64,000 nucleotides of DNA from a virus, in IMG/VR virus record IMGVR_UViG_3300032293_001631, positions 1-64,000 of that record. One strand, 5' to 3'. The notes beneath the pieces were generated by a model. The model saw only the letters and a program-made list of their open reading frames with translations. It did not search any database and was not told where the DNA came from. Of the stretch, positions 48,021 through 57,162 are shown one piece after another. Made by a program: the position numbers and the translations under genes. Each line of letters opens with the position of its first letter. The stretch's first letter is position 1.

Positions 48021-51000
48021 ATGTCGAATACTAAAAATTCATTCTCATCATTAATAGCACAGTTTCTTAGACTCCAAAAGAACTCTTTGGAGATAATAAA
48101 CAAATTAAATGATGTAACTACATCTTCTAAAGATTCTGTGGAGATAGAATTTCTGATGGATGATAATACATCGGAGAATATACAGGTTCCTTCCTTTGGT
48201 TACTTAAAAACCGAAATTAATAGACTAGATCAGAACATCAAGGCTCTTTCTGGATTAGATGATAATAAAGCTAATGTTAGAAATCCAGATGGTACAGTAG
48301 CAAAAATATATCAGTCCAGAACATTAACTGATCCATCATCTCCTACTAGTTTACAGATACCTTCTACTTTCCAAGCTAGAAATAACTGGTTTTTTGAATC
48401 TTTTTTAAATCCACTTCTCTATATAGAAATCGATGTTGAAAATCAAATACCAGAAAATTCAGAGAGCGTTTATGTAAAAAGAGTTATAGCTAATACACAA
48501 TCTGATGTACAGAAGCAGTACTTTGATAATAACTTAAAAGGACGTAACGATTTAACAGATTCTGACTTTATAGCATCTTTAGAGAGCCAAGGCATACAAT
48601 ACTTTATAGACGAGCAAATAAACAGTTTAGACTTAAGAACAGTAAGATTTACTGGATCTTTTGGAGTTCTTAGAATATTTGACGAGGAAGTACAAACTAC
48701 AGTTGATGGGGTTACTACTACCACTACAGTTAGAAAGTATAAGCTTAACGGAATTAGATACACTGATAACTTATCAGATACCGAAAATTCAAGAACATTA
48801 GCAAAAGGTGATTTACTTATAACTAGTGGAGGAACTAAATACGAGATAAGCTCAATAGACGTAAGTGATCAAACTGTTGTACTAAAAAGACTATTTGGAT
48901 TCGAACCTATTAAGATAGGTGATGCCTCATTAACAATCTATTCAAATGTTTTATCAAATAGACAAGTAGAAATAAATGTTGGGTTTGACGAGAGACAGGG
49001 CGTATTTATAAAATCTATAGATGGGGACTTTAATGTCGCAGCTAGTAAATATAGCCCAGGAATTTGCTTCTGGTCTAATGAATTACAGATAAGCACTTCA
49101 GATGGAGTAAAAACATTGGAGGAATTTTATAATTCACAGGTTTCGGATTTCGGTAAAATATTTATAGCTGCTGCTAAAGAAAATACCATACCTGCTGTTT
49201 ATGGGCAATCTCCATCTGCTCCGGTAGTTTCCACAGATAACTTTAAAGTAGTTAAGGTAAATTCTCAGGTAACTGATTCCAAAGAGAACAATTCTTTTAA
49301 AGATAAGATAAAGATTAAAACCACTTTAAAGAATGAAGTAGAATCAATAGATAGAGCTATAGATCAGACAAGAAAACAACTTTCTGAATTAACTACGACA
49401 TCTAGTTCAAAAACACCTAATGCGGAGTTTAAAAAATTAAATGATAAGATATTAACTCTTACTAAAGATAAGGGTTCTAAAACAGATCTTTTATCTACTA
49501 CGATAACGGAGATAAACAACTTAATAATAGCAGTTCCGGAATTAACGGAAGCTCCTAAATACAGAGTTAGGGGATTCTGGCCAATACCTGAACCTATATC
49601 TGATCCTAAAACAGGAGAACAAAATATAGTTCAGTTTAATGTAAGATATAGATATCTTTCTCTAACCGGGAATCCTAATGGCGTTGAACAGATAGATTAC
49701 ATCGATAATAATGGAGTTCAAAAGACTGGACAATTTACAAACTGGACTCAGTTTAAAACTGATGTAAGAAAGAAAGTATATGATATTAATACTGGAACTT
49801 ATATTTGGCAAATAGAGGACGTTAGCGACGCTAATACAGTAAATATAAATCAATTAGATATTCCTATAACCAAGGGAGAAAAGGTAGAGATACAAGTTCA
49901 ATCAATATCTGAGGCTGGCTGGCCTACTAACCCTTTAACTTCCGATTGGTCAACGTCAGCTATTGTCGATTTTCCACCGGATTTAGTTGTACAAATAGAT
50001 AACACTTCTTTTGTTTCACAGAACAACACAGATAATGCAGTAGTTAAAATTCAGGAAGATCTACAAGCAAAAGGATTAGATCAGCATTTATCTACTCAAT
50101 TTACTTCTGGTGATAAGTTTTATGCACATAATTCTTCTGTTATAGCATCTGGATTCTTTGATTCAACTGGTAAAGCTTTAGATCTTTTCCAGAAGCTTAC
50201 ACAAATTGATAATGAATTACAGTCGCTAAGAGCTTTGATAGCAAAAGCAAAAGGAACTTTAGGTGTTTATATAAGAAATGGAAGCACTTCAAACAAAGTA
50301 AATCCTGGAAGTACGGTAAACCTTTTTGCTGGATATTATGATCAATTAATAGATCTTACAAATCCTAATAACAAAGGTAAGATTGCATCTGTTGTTTATT
50401 ATGTAGAATTAAGAAACGAAGCAGCAACTCCTTTAGAATTATCATCTCTTATTCCAGGAGGACAAGGAGTAAAAGCTCCTAATACTATATCAAGTCAGAC
50501 CGATTACAATAATAATAGAAAATATGGGGAAACCCCTATTCAGCTTTCCGGAATAACAGACGCAGATGTTAATGTTTCTTCCCCTGGAGCATTTATTCAA
50601 GCTTCTGGGTATCAGAGTGGAAATGCTTATTCTCAATTCATATATCCTAGATATAAATCTTCTGGATTGGATGAGAATCTATATTTTACGCCTCCGACAT
50701 CATTAGCTTGGAATATAAATGACGGATCCCTAGTAGGTACTAGCCAACTTCCTATAGATAACAATGGGGTATTAATACCTTTCAGACCAGATACAACTTC
50801 AGTTACTGGAGCGGGTTCCAATGCTAATATTTGGGCAGGGACTTATACTTCTTTTGCTCCGGACGGAAATGGTAACTTAAATGAATTTTGTATCCACGTT
50901 TCTCACCCAGATATAAGCTCGGGAGTTCCTATTTTCGTAAATCTTGTGAATCCTTCAGTTTCACCATCTGGTCCTATGCAATATCCTGCATTTAGACATG

Positions 51001-51515
51001 CCCTAGGATTTGAAACCGATACAAATACTACTACTTCAGTTCCTGGATTTCAAACTGCTCCATATCAGCAGTTGGAATATTATCCAGCACTATCTAGTTC
51101 TAGTTTCGGTGTTAATAACAGCGCTTATCCTAACAAATTAGGATTTGTTGAGTCGGATGAATTCTTATGTGGTAAGTTCTCTTGTGGATCATATCTTTTC
51201 TTATCACCAACTAATCATACTGCAGTTCAAATAGAAGGCTCAACACAACTTGCCAAGAAGACGCTAGATTTTGGACAGGAGAATGCTATAACTGTTCCTC
51301 TTATATTCCAAATGAGAGCTCAAGATAAATTAGGATTTGTTGGAGGATGGAGATCTGCTGGTAATCTTAAGAATATTACCTACACTAAGAAAATTGGAAT
51401 AGATATACAGGTGAAGAACGAGGATCTTTTCTCTTTCGATATTCTTGTAACGGGAAGTTATACTAAGACATCTCTAGTTTCACCAGCTTATTCACAAAGT
51501 AAGAAAACTATTTAA
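48021..51515 (+). CDS. Virion structural protein (1164 aa)
   Basis: Structural operon; coiled coils plus beta-rich regions. Confidence 0.55.
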   Translation: MSNTKNSFSSLIAQFLRLQKNSLEIINKLNDVTTSSKDSVEIEFLMDDNTSENIQVPSFGYLKTEINRLDQNIKALSGLDDNKANVRNPDGTVAKIYQSRTLTDPSSPTSLQIPSTFQARNNWFFESFLNPLLYIEIDVENQIPENSESVYVKRVIANTQSDVQKQYFDNNLKGRNDLTDSDFIASLESQGIQYFIDEQINSLDLRTVRFTGSFGVLRIFDEEVQTTVDGVTTTTTVRKYKLNGIRYTDNLSDTENSRTLAKGDLLITSGGTKYEISSIDVSDQTVVLKRLFGFEPIKIGDASLTIYSNVLSNRQVEINVGFDERQGVFIKSIDGDFNVAASKYSPGICFWSNELQISTSDGVKTLEEFYNSQVSDFGKIFIAAAKENTIPAVYGQSPSAPVVSTDNFKVVKVNSQVTDSKENNSFKDKIKIKTTLKNEVESIDRAIDQTRKQLSELTTTSSSKTPNAEFKKLNDKILTLTKDKGSKTDLLSTTITEINNLIIAVPELTEAPKYRVRGFWPIPEPISDPKTGEQNIVQFNVRYRYLSLTGNPNGVEQIDYIDNNGVQKTGQFTNWTQFKTDVRKKVYDINTGTYIWQIEDVSDANTVNINQLDIPITKGEKVEIQVQSISEAGWPTNPLTSDWSTSAIVDFPPDLVVQIDNTSFVSQNNTDNAVVKIQEDLQAKGLDQHLSTQFTSGDKFYAHNSSVIASGFFDSTGKALDLFQKLTQIDNELQSLRALIAKAKGTLGVYIRNGSTSNKVNPGSTVNLFAGYYDQLIDLTNPNNKGKIASVVYYVELRNEAATPLELSSLIPGGQGVKAPNTISSQTDYNNNRKYGETPIQLSGITDADVNVSSPGAFIQASGYQSGNAYSQFIYPRYKSSGLDENLYFTPPTSLAWNINDGSLVGTSQLPIDNNGVLIPFRPDTTSVTGAGSNANIWAGTYTSFAPDGNGNLNEFCIHVSHPDISSGVPIFVNLVNPSVSPSGPMQYPAFRHALGFETDTNTTTSVPGFQTAPYQQLEYYPALSSSSFGVNNSAYPNKLGFVESDEFLCGKFSCGSYLFLSPTNHTAVQIEGSTQLAKKTLDFGQENAITVPLIFQMRAQDKLGFVGGWRSAGNLKNITYTKKIGIDIQVKNEDLFSFDILVTGSYTKTSLVSPAYSQSKKTI

Positions 51516-51518
51516 TAA

Positions 51519-54500
51519 GTGGCAAGAAAAATAATTAAGCAGGATTCATCTTTTGGAGTACTTAGAGCTAATCCAAGAATTTCGGGAAATGTAAAAATAA
51601 CCGTAGATTCTAAAAGCGGGATATGGCTAAATTCTATTGACTCTAACCAAGAGATGTCAAATAGCTATTATAAAGGTTTTCGTATATCTCCGGAAACTTC
51701 TTATGATAAAGATCTTTATAGATTTTTTAATGAGGGTAAGACTCCTTCTCAATTTGTATTCGGAATGTTGGGAGAAGGAGATCCAGTTCAGAACCAGATA
51801 AACAATCTTTCAAGCAGCTATAATTTTTTTTATAGCTCTGGTGTTTCTCCGCTTATATCTGACAAATACGACGAGGACTTTTCTTATTTAGCACCTCTTT
51901 GGCTAGGTAAGGATGTTCCTGACTATTTTGTTATATTTAAGGTTAACGATCCTATAGATTATCCTTATCAAATTCCAGTAACTTCTTTAGAGATTGGTAA
52001 ATCTTATAAGGTACTACAAGACTCATCAGTAAATACACAGTCTTCTTCTTATTTACCATTCCAGATTTCCAGCGGATCACAAGTTTATAGCGACGGAAAT
52101 ATTTTTACAGCAACATCGTATACGTTTAATGTTTTACAGGGACAAGGTACTGTGGTATTAATGGATCCTTTGTATAATATTAACCTAGTAGAAAATACTG
52201 AACAGCATTTCTACGATAAGATCCTACCAAAATCTACTGCAATTGCAACTTTTGATTTAACTGAAAGTTCTAATATTGGTAAGTATTTAAGAAAGATAAA
52301 AACAACTCCTGGTTACACAGATAGTTTAATAGATGTTAGATTTGAGGAGAACCAATTAACAACATTCAATGGTGTTAATTATTCAGTGGGTATATTTGAT
52401 AAAAAGGGGGATTTCCTCATAGATTATTATAAAAATCCGGATACACAAATAGGGTTTGAAGATTTTATAACTAATGGTTTTAGAAACAACGGGATTCTAA
52501 GCTATAAGCTTTTAAATCTAGAGTTCCTTTTTAATGATAACGATTCAGAAAACTATACAATTAACAGGTATTTTGGGCTTTATGTAAATGCTGCAGATAT
52601 TTCTAATTTTAAATTAGATGGTGATGCTTTATATAAAAGTCAAGGAACTTCGGGAAATACTCCTATACCAGAGAAGAATAATAAAGGATATTATTATCAG
52701 GATGTTTCTTATTTTCAGTATAATGATAATGGCGTTAGATTGTATCTTGAGCCAACAAAGATATCAGGAATAATACCTAATTCGGATGATGTCAATATAG
52801 TAGAAGAAACGAAGCTTTTCTGGGTTAAGGATAAAAATGGTAGCTTCCATTCTTTAAAAAGAGATGAGAACTATTTAAGTTCTTCTCCTCCACCAGCAAC
52901 GTCAAGCTACGGAATACTAGGATATGATAACGAGATTGTAATACAGGATACTTCCATAGATATTTCTTTATTTACTGGTAAGGATAAAACTACTAAAAAA
53001 CAGTATCCTGCAGTAACTACTGGAGATAAAGGTAGAGCTTATAGTGTTATTAGAATAGCCAATGAAATAAATAATCTTGCCGAGAATTGTTTTATATTCT
53101 ATAATCCTTTGGGATATTACGGAGTACCTGGTTCTAAATATGATATTATAAAAGCATCTGATCTTTCTCTTTCTGTTGATGAGTGGGGTCCAGGAAGTTT
53201 TTATGCACAAGATAATGCTTATTATTATCATCCATTTGGAACAAATGAAGATATAGCTAAAGCTCTAACTGGTATATTTAATAGCTTTAATTATAATTCT
53301 TTCGAAGCTTTCCAATCTGGAGATGAGGTAGTCATAAGAACAAATGCAACTGGTACTGCTGAGAATAGTAAATACTATTTGGACTTTTTCCAGAATTTCA
53401 CAACATCTCAGAGAATGCCTGATTCCAGAAGAGGAATTATATTCATAAATGAGAAAGATGTATGTGATATAAATCAGAGACAATCTTTTATAGGAGGGTC
53501 TAATTATTCTAACACTAGAGTAAAAGTAAAAATAGAGGATGCTAATAAAATTATAGTAGGTGAGACTTTTATAGAGACTATAAAAAACACATCGACTGAT
53601 TCTTTCAGCAATCTTCCAGAGTATTCAAATATATCTTCCTCAGTAGTTACTGGAAAATATAGATTCATAGATCAATACGCATTTGATCAGAACGGTGATA
53701 TAGTAGGATTAAAGGATTTTGAGACTCATGCAACTATAGAAATTTCTAACTTTACAGAATCTATAGCTTTTGGATCTTCTAAAACAATCTCAGCATTTAA
53801 TACTTATGACGTACCTTTAGGAATATTTTCATTCTATGGTCTTAGAGAGATAGACATGGATTTCTGGTACAGTGAATATGGGTACACACCTACGGAGGAA
53901 TATTATAAGTATTTAGATACCCAACCAGAGGGTAAAACTAAGATAGTATCGGGTAAAACTTATTTCGTATCATCAGGTGCGGAAATTGAGTACGGGGGAA
54001 ATACCATAAATGGTCCGGATTTCTTTGAAGGATTTCCAGGGGATGAGGAATATATGTTAGTTGCTGGATCTACTTCTGCTGAATCAAATGTATTCCCTAC
54101 TCTTTCATCAAGAGGTAATGTAACAGGGGGTATCACTACTAGCAATTTTGATTACCTGTTTTACCCGGATTTAGATGCTTTCCCGGGATTCTATGGAATA
54201 CAATCCTTACAATTTATAGACAACGAGGTAGGTATAGACACTAAATTTAAGCAGCTTAATTTTGGTAAATTATATTCCGAGTATGATTACACGCAGGATA
54301 ATTATAATCCGGACTATGCTTTAAATAGTAGAGTTAGTCCATATATTACAAAATGGGTTTATAGAGGAGGTACAGATGTTAGGGGAAATGGATACAGACT
54401 TAATGCAAATTTAGCTTTTAATCCACTTAACTTTTCCCCTAGTTTTTTCAAAATAAATCAGGATCCGCAGTACTTTACTCACGAGTGGTATCATCTACAG

Positions 54501-57119
54501 AGACCGCCATATTCTTTACCTGAGTCTAATCTTCACACGGACAAAAATTATCTATCTGGTGAATTTAACGAAACCCTTTTAAACGATGCTAATCCGGCTC
54601 TTAGGGATTATTTCTTAGATTATTTTTCTATAGAGGGTGAAGATTTAGATACTTATTATCCAGGTAGTACAACAATAAATGATATAGATCTTACGGAGAG
54701 GTATTCATTATTTAATTTCAATACAGGAAACGGATATTCGGAGTCTTTGTACAGAGGTGCTAAGATAAGAATCAAGAGAACTTTTACTGACTATGCACAA
54801 CAAGAGTCTATAAAATACATAGAAGATGATAGATTCTATGATGGATATAAATTCTCTTGTGTTATAATTCCAGTAAAAAATATAGAGGATGAGATACAAT
54901 CCCCTGTAAAAATAAAAGTAATAGAGAATAGAACTTTTAAGAATATAACTTTTCTAGTTGAAGTTTTAATCGATGATGCTAGAGCATTAAATTTTGAAGA
55001 GGTAAGCCCAGATAATCAGTATATTGATCTGGATTATTTCCTTTTATATTCTTTAAGGGATAAATTAGACGATCAATATTTTCCAACTGCAAGCAGTGTA
55101 TCACTTCCTTCTGGATCAATAGAACTTCCTGTAGTTGGTGACGTAAAGCTTTCTTCAGCTTTGAACATATCATCAGCACCTAACCAACAAGGAATTTTTT
55201 CAGTAGTTAATCCAGGTACTATTGGAAATGAGGGAGAAATATTTATAATACCAAATCCAGAATACGAGACTGATTTAAGAGACGAGATCAACTTCACGTT
55301 TCTTCCTTCCGTTACACCTTCACCAGGAGATTCAACTGGACCTGGTTCATTTTATGGAGTTGTAGGACCTGCTCCTTATAACTATACTCTTCCTTTCCCT
55401 ACAGGAGTTGGACAGGATGTAATAAATTTTACTAACACCGGACCAAACTACTTTTTTGATTTTGGGAATATAAGTATACCTGGACCAGTTAATATTCCAA
55501 CTGTAGCTAATTATTCTGTTATTTCTTCGATACCAATCTACCAGAAAAACGGAGGATTAGGATATTGGGGAAATATACTACAGAAGATATCTTTTGCTAA
55601 TATATCATTATGGGTAAATACTGGATATCCATATATTGAATATTTAACTTACGAATGGGATTCTTCAACACAAACCACTAAGGTTTTAGAAAATCAGTTT
55701 GTTTTAGAATTTTTAAGGCCTTCGTTTTTTGAACAAAACGCGGTGATTGTTCCGGTTGAAATAACAGATAAGCCACAGGAGTTGGATGTATTTAACGTTG
55801 GATACACTACAGAAGATATCGAAGGTGAGAGCGAAATGTATAGATACAGTGGAGAATATGTGCCTAGTTTCAGAGAGGTATTAAAATTCGAGAACGTAAA
55901 ATATGATATACCATTTTGGACTACCCCTGAATCTTACACATTTTATGTTAAAGTTGTAGATAAACAGACATCATCATCCTCTTATGATATAGGATCTTCG
56001 CTTTGTTTTGAAATAGATGGGGTTTCTCAAGGTGATGTAGATTTGATAAAAGGCGTTATCTATTATTTTGATCTTAGTGATTCTAGTAATTCTGGATATC
56101 AATTATATTTTTCTGAGAACAATAGAGGTAATGATATAACAGTAGATTCCTTACCTCAGGGATATACACTATTTGGTACTCCAGGAAATACTGGGTCTTA
56201 TATTAGATTTGAAGTACCATACGATTTGCCTTCAACTGTTTATTATGTAGCAGAAGGAGGAAAATATATGGGCGGTGATATTAGATCGATAGATCCAATA
56301 GAATATGCCTATTGCTCGTTCGGTCCTTATAAAGATAATTTTGGAGTATCAAGAAATTTAAATTACTATAAATATTCTACGCAATGGATATTTAGAATAG
56401 GTCAGAATTCTCCTTTTAACCCAGTATATAATATAATAGGTGAAACCCCAGTGGATAAGAGAGATCTTTCGATATTTGAGAGTTCTTGGGATCCTGGTTT
56501 CTATAGAGAGTACACTGGTCCTACTGGGTATATTAGTTTACCAGGAACTAGAGAAATGAAGGAGCAGAAGTCTTTCTTCGGTAGTAAGTTCATGCAAACT
56601 CCAGATCTAGTTAATTCCCAAAAGCAATTAGTTTATCCTCAATCCATATCTAATGTATTAGATCTTAATTATGATAACTATCCAAACTATGAGATATTAT
56701 GGGAAGAAACTTCTACAGAATTAAGAGGGGTTTTATTAATAGATAGGATGCTTACTAGATATTTCTTAGATGATGGAGGGAAAAAATCTTTTCAGGAATT
56801 TATTGTTCCTGAGTTTGGGTTTGGTACAATCACTGATATTGACGATGATTTTAAAGAGTATATGAGTCAAAATATAATACCAATATTCCAGTCTAAAAAT
56901 AACGGAGGATATCTTAAAAAAGTTCCTATAGCACAAAACCAATCACTTACTCCTGTTGTTGGTAATTTAGCAGATTATCAAAAATTAATAGATGGATACT
57001 TCAGATCATCTGAAATTAGATATACTAAGATTAACGAGCTTAGATACGAGTTTAGAGTTCCTAAGGATCCTTCTTTTGATTACTCAGTATCTTTCTCTAT
57101 AGAAATTGGAAAAATTTAG
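51519..57119 (+). CDS. Large virion structural protein (1866 aa, GTG start) with a cupredoxin-like insert
   Basis: Structural operon; FEIDG...YYFDLSDSSNSG...GTPG..G.Y..F.VP...PSTVYY....MGG module near 55940-56285. Confidence 0.6.
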   Translation: MARKIIKQDSSFGVLRANPRISGNVKITVDSKSGIWLNSIDSNQEMSNSYYKGFRISPETSYDKDLYRFFNEGKTPSQFVFGMLGEGDPVQNQINNLSSSYNFFYSSGVSPLISDKYDEDFSYLAPLWLGKDVPDYFVIFKVNDPIDYPYQIPVTSLEIGKSYKVLQDSSVNTQSSSYLPFQISSGSQVYSDGNIFTATSYTFNVLQGQGTVVLMDPLYNINLVENTEQHFYDKILPKSTAIATFDLTESSNIGKYLRKIKTTPGYTDSLIDVRFEENQLTTFNGVNYSVGIFDKKGDFLIDYYKNPDTQIGFEDFITNGFRNNGILSYKLLNLEFLFNDNDSENYTINRYFGLYVNAADISNFKLDGDALYKSQGTSGNTPIPEKNNKGYYYQDVSYFQYNDNGVRLYLEPTKISGIIPNSDDVNIVEETKLFWVKDKNGSFHSLKRDENYLSSSPPPATSSYGILGYDNEIVIQDTSIDISLFTGKDKTTKKQYPAVTTGDKGRAYSVIRIANEINNLAENCFIFYNPLGYYGVPGSKYDIIKASDLSLSVDEWGPGSFYAQDNAYYYHPFGTNEDIAKALTGIFNSFNYNSFEAFQSGDEVVIRTNATGTAENSKYYLDFFQNFTTSQRMPDSRRGIIFINEKDVCDINQRQSFIGGSNYSNTRVKVKIEDANKIIVGETFIETIKNTSTDSFSNLPEYSNISSSVVTGKYRFIDQYAFDQNGDIVGLKDFETHATIEISNFTESIAFGSSKTISAFNTYDVPLGIFSFYGLREIDMDFWYSEYGYTPTEEYYKYLDTQPEGKTKIVSGKTYFVSSGAEIEYGGNTINGPDFFEGFPGDEEYMLVAGSTSAESNVFPTLSSRGNVTGGITTSNFDYLFYPDLDAFPGFYGIQSLQFIDNEVGIDTKFKQLNFGKLYSEYDYTQDNYNPDYALNSRVSPYITKWVYRGGTDVRGNGYRLNANLAFNPLNFSPSFFKINQDPQYFTHEWYHLQRPPYSLPESNLHTDKNYLSGEFNETLLNDANPALRDYFLDYFSIEGEDLDTYYPGSTTINDIDLTERYSLFNFNTGNGYSESLYRGAKIRIKRTFTDYAQQESIKYIEDDRFYDGYKFSCVIIPVKNIEDEIQSPVKIKVIENRTFKNITFLVEVLIDDARALNFEEVSPDNQYIDLDYFLLYSLRDKLDDQYFPTASSVSLPSGSIELPVVGDVKLSSALNISSAPNQQGIFSVVNPGTIGNEGEIFIIPNPEYETDLRDEINFTFLPSVTPSPGDSTGPGSFYGVVGPAPYNYTLPFPTGVGQDVINFTNTGPNYFFDFGNISIPGPVNIPTVANYSVISSIPIYQKNGGLGYWGNILQKISFANISLWVNTGYPYIEYLTYEWDSSTQTTKVLENQFVLEFLRPSFFEQNAVIVPVEITDKPQELDVFNVGYTTEDIEGESEMYRYSGEYVPSFREVLKFENVKYDIPFWTTPESYTFYVKVVDKQTSSSSYDIGSSLCFEIDGVSQGDVDLIKGVIYYFDLSDSSNSGYQLYFSENNRGNDITVDSLPQGYTLFGTPGNTGSYIRFEVPYDLPSTVYYVAEGGKYMGGDIRSIDPIEYAYCSFGPYKDNFGVSRNLNYYKYSTQWIFRIGQNSPFNPVYNIIGETPVDKRDLSIFESSWDPGFYREYTGPTGYISLPGTREMKEQKSFFGSKFMQTPDLVNSQKQLVYPQSISNVLDLNYDNYPNYEILWEETSTELRGVLLIDRMLTRYFLDDGGKKSFQEFIVPEFGFGTITDIDDDFKEYMSQNIIPIFQSKNNGGYLKKVPIAQNQSLTPVVGNLADYQKLIDGYFRSSEIRYTKINELRYEFRVPKDPSFDYSVSFSIEIGKI

Positions 57120-57136
57120 TAGAGGGATGAATTTTT

Positions 57137-57144
57137 GATATATA
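57137..57144 (+). promoter_or_regulatory. GATATATA putative late promoter element
   Basis: Intergenic, 18 nt upstream of ATG 57163. Confidence 0.55.
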
Positions 57145-57162
57145 ATACAAGTATAATAAGAG

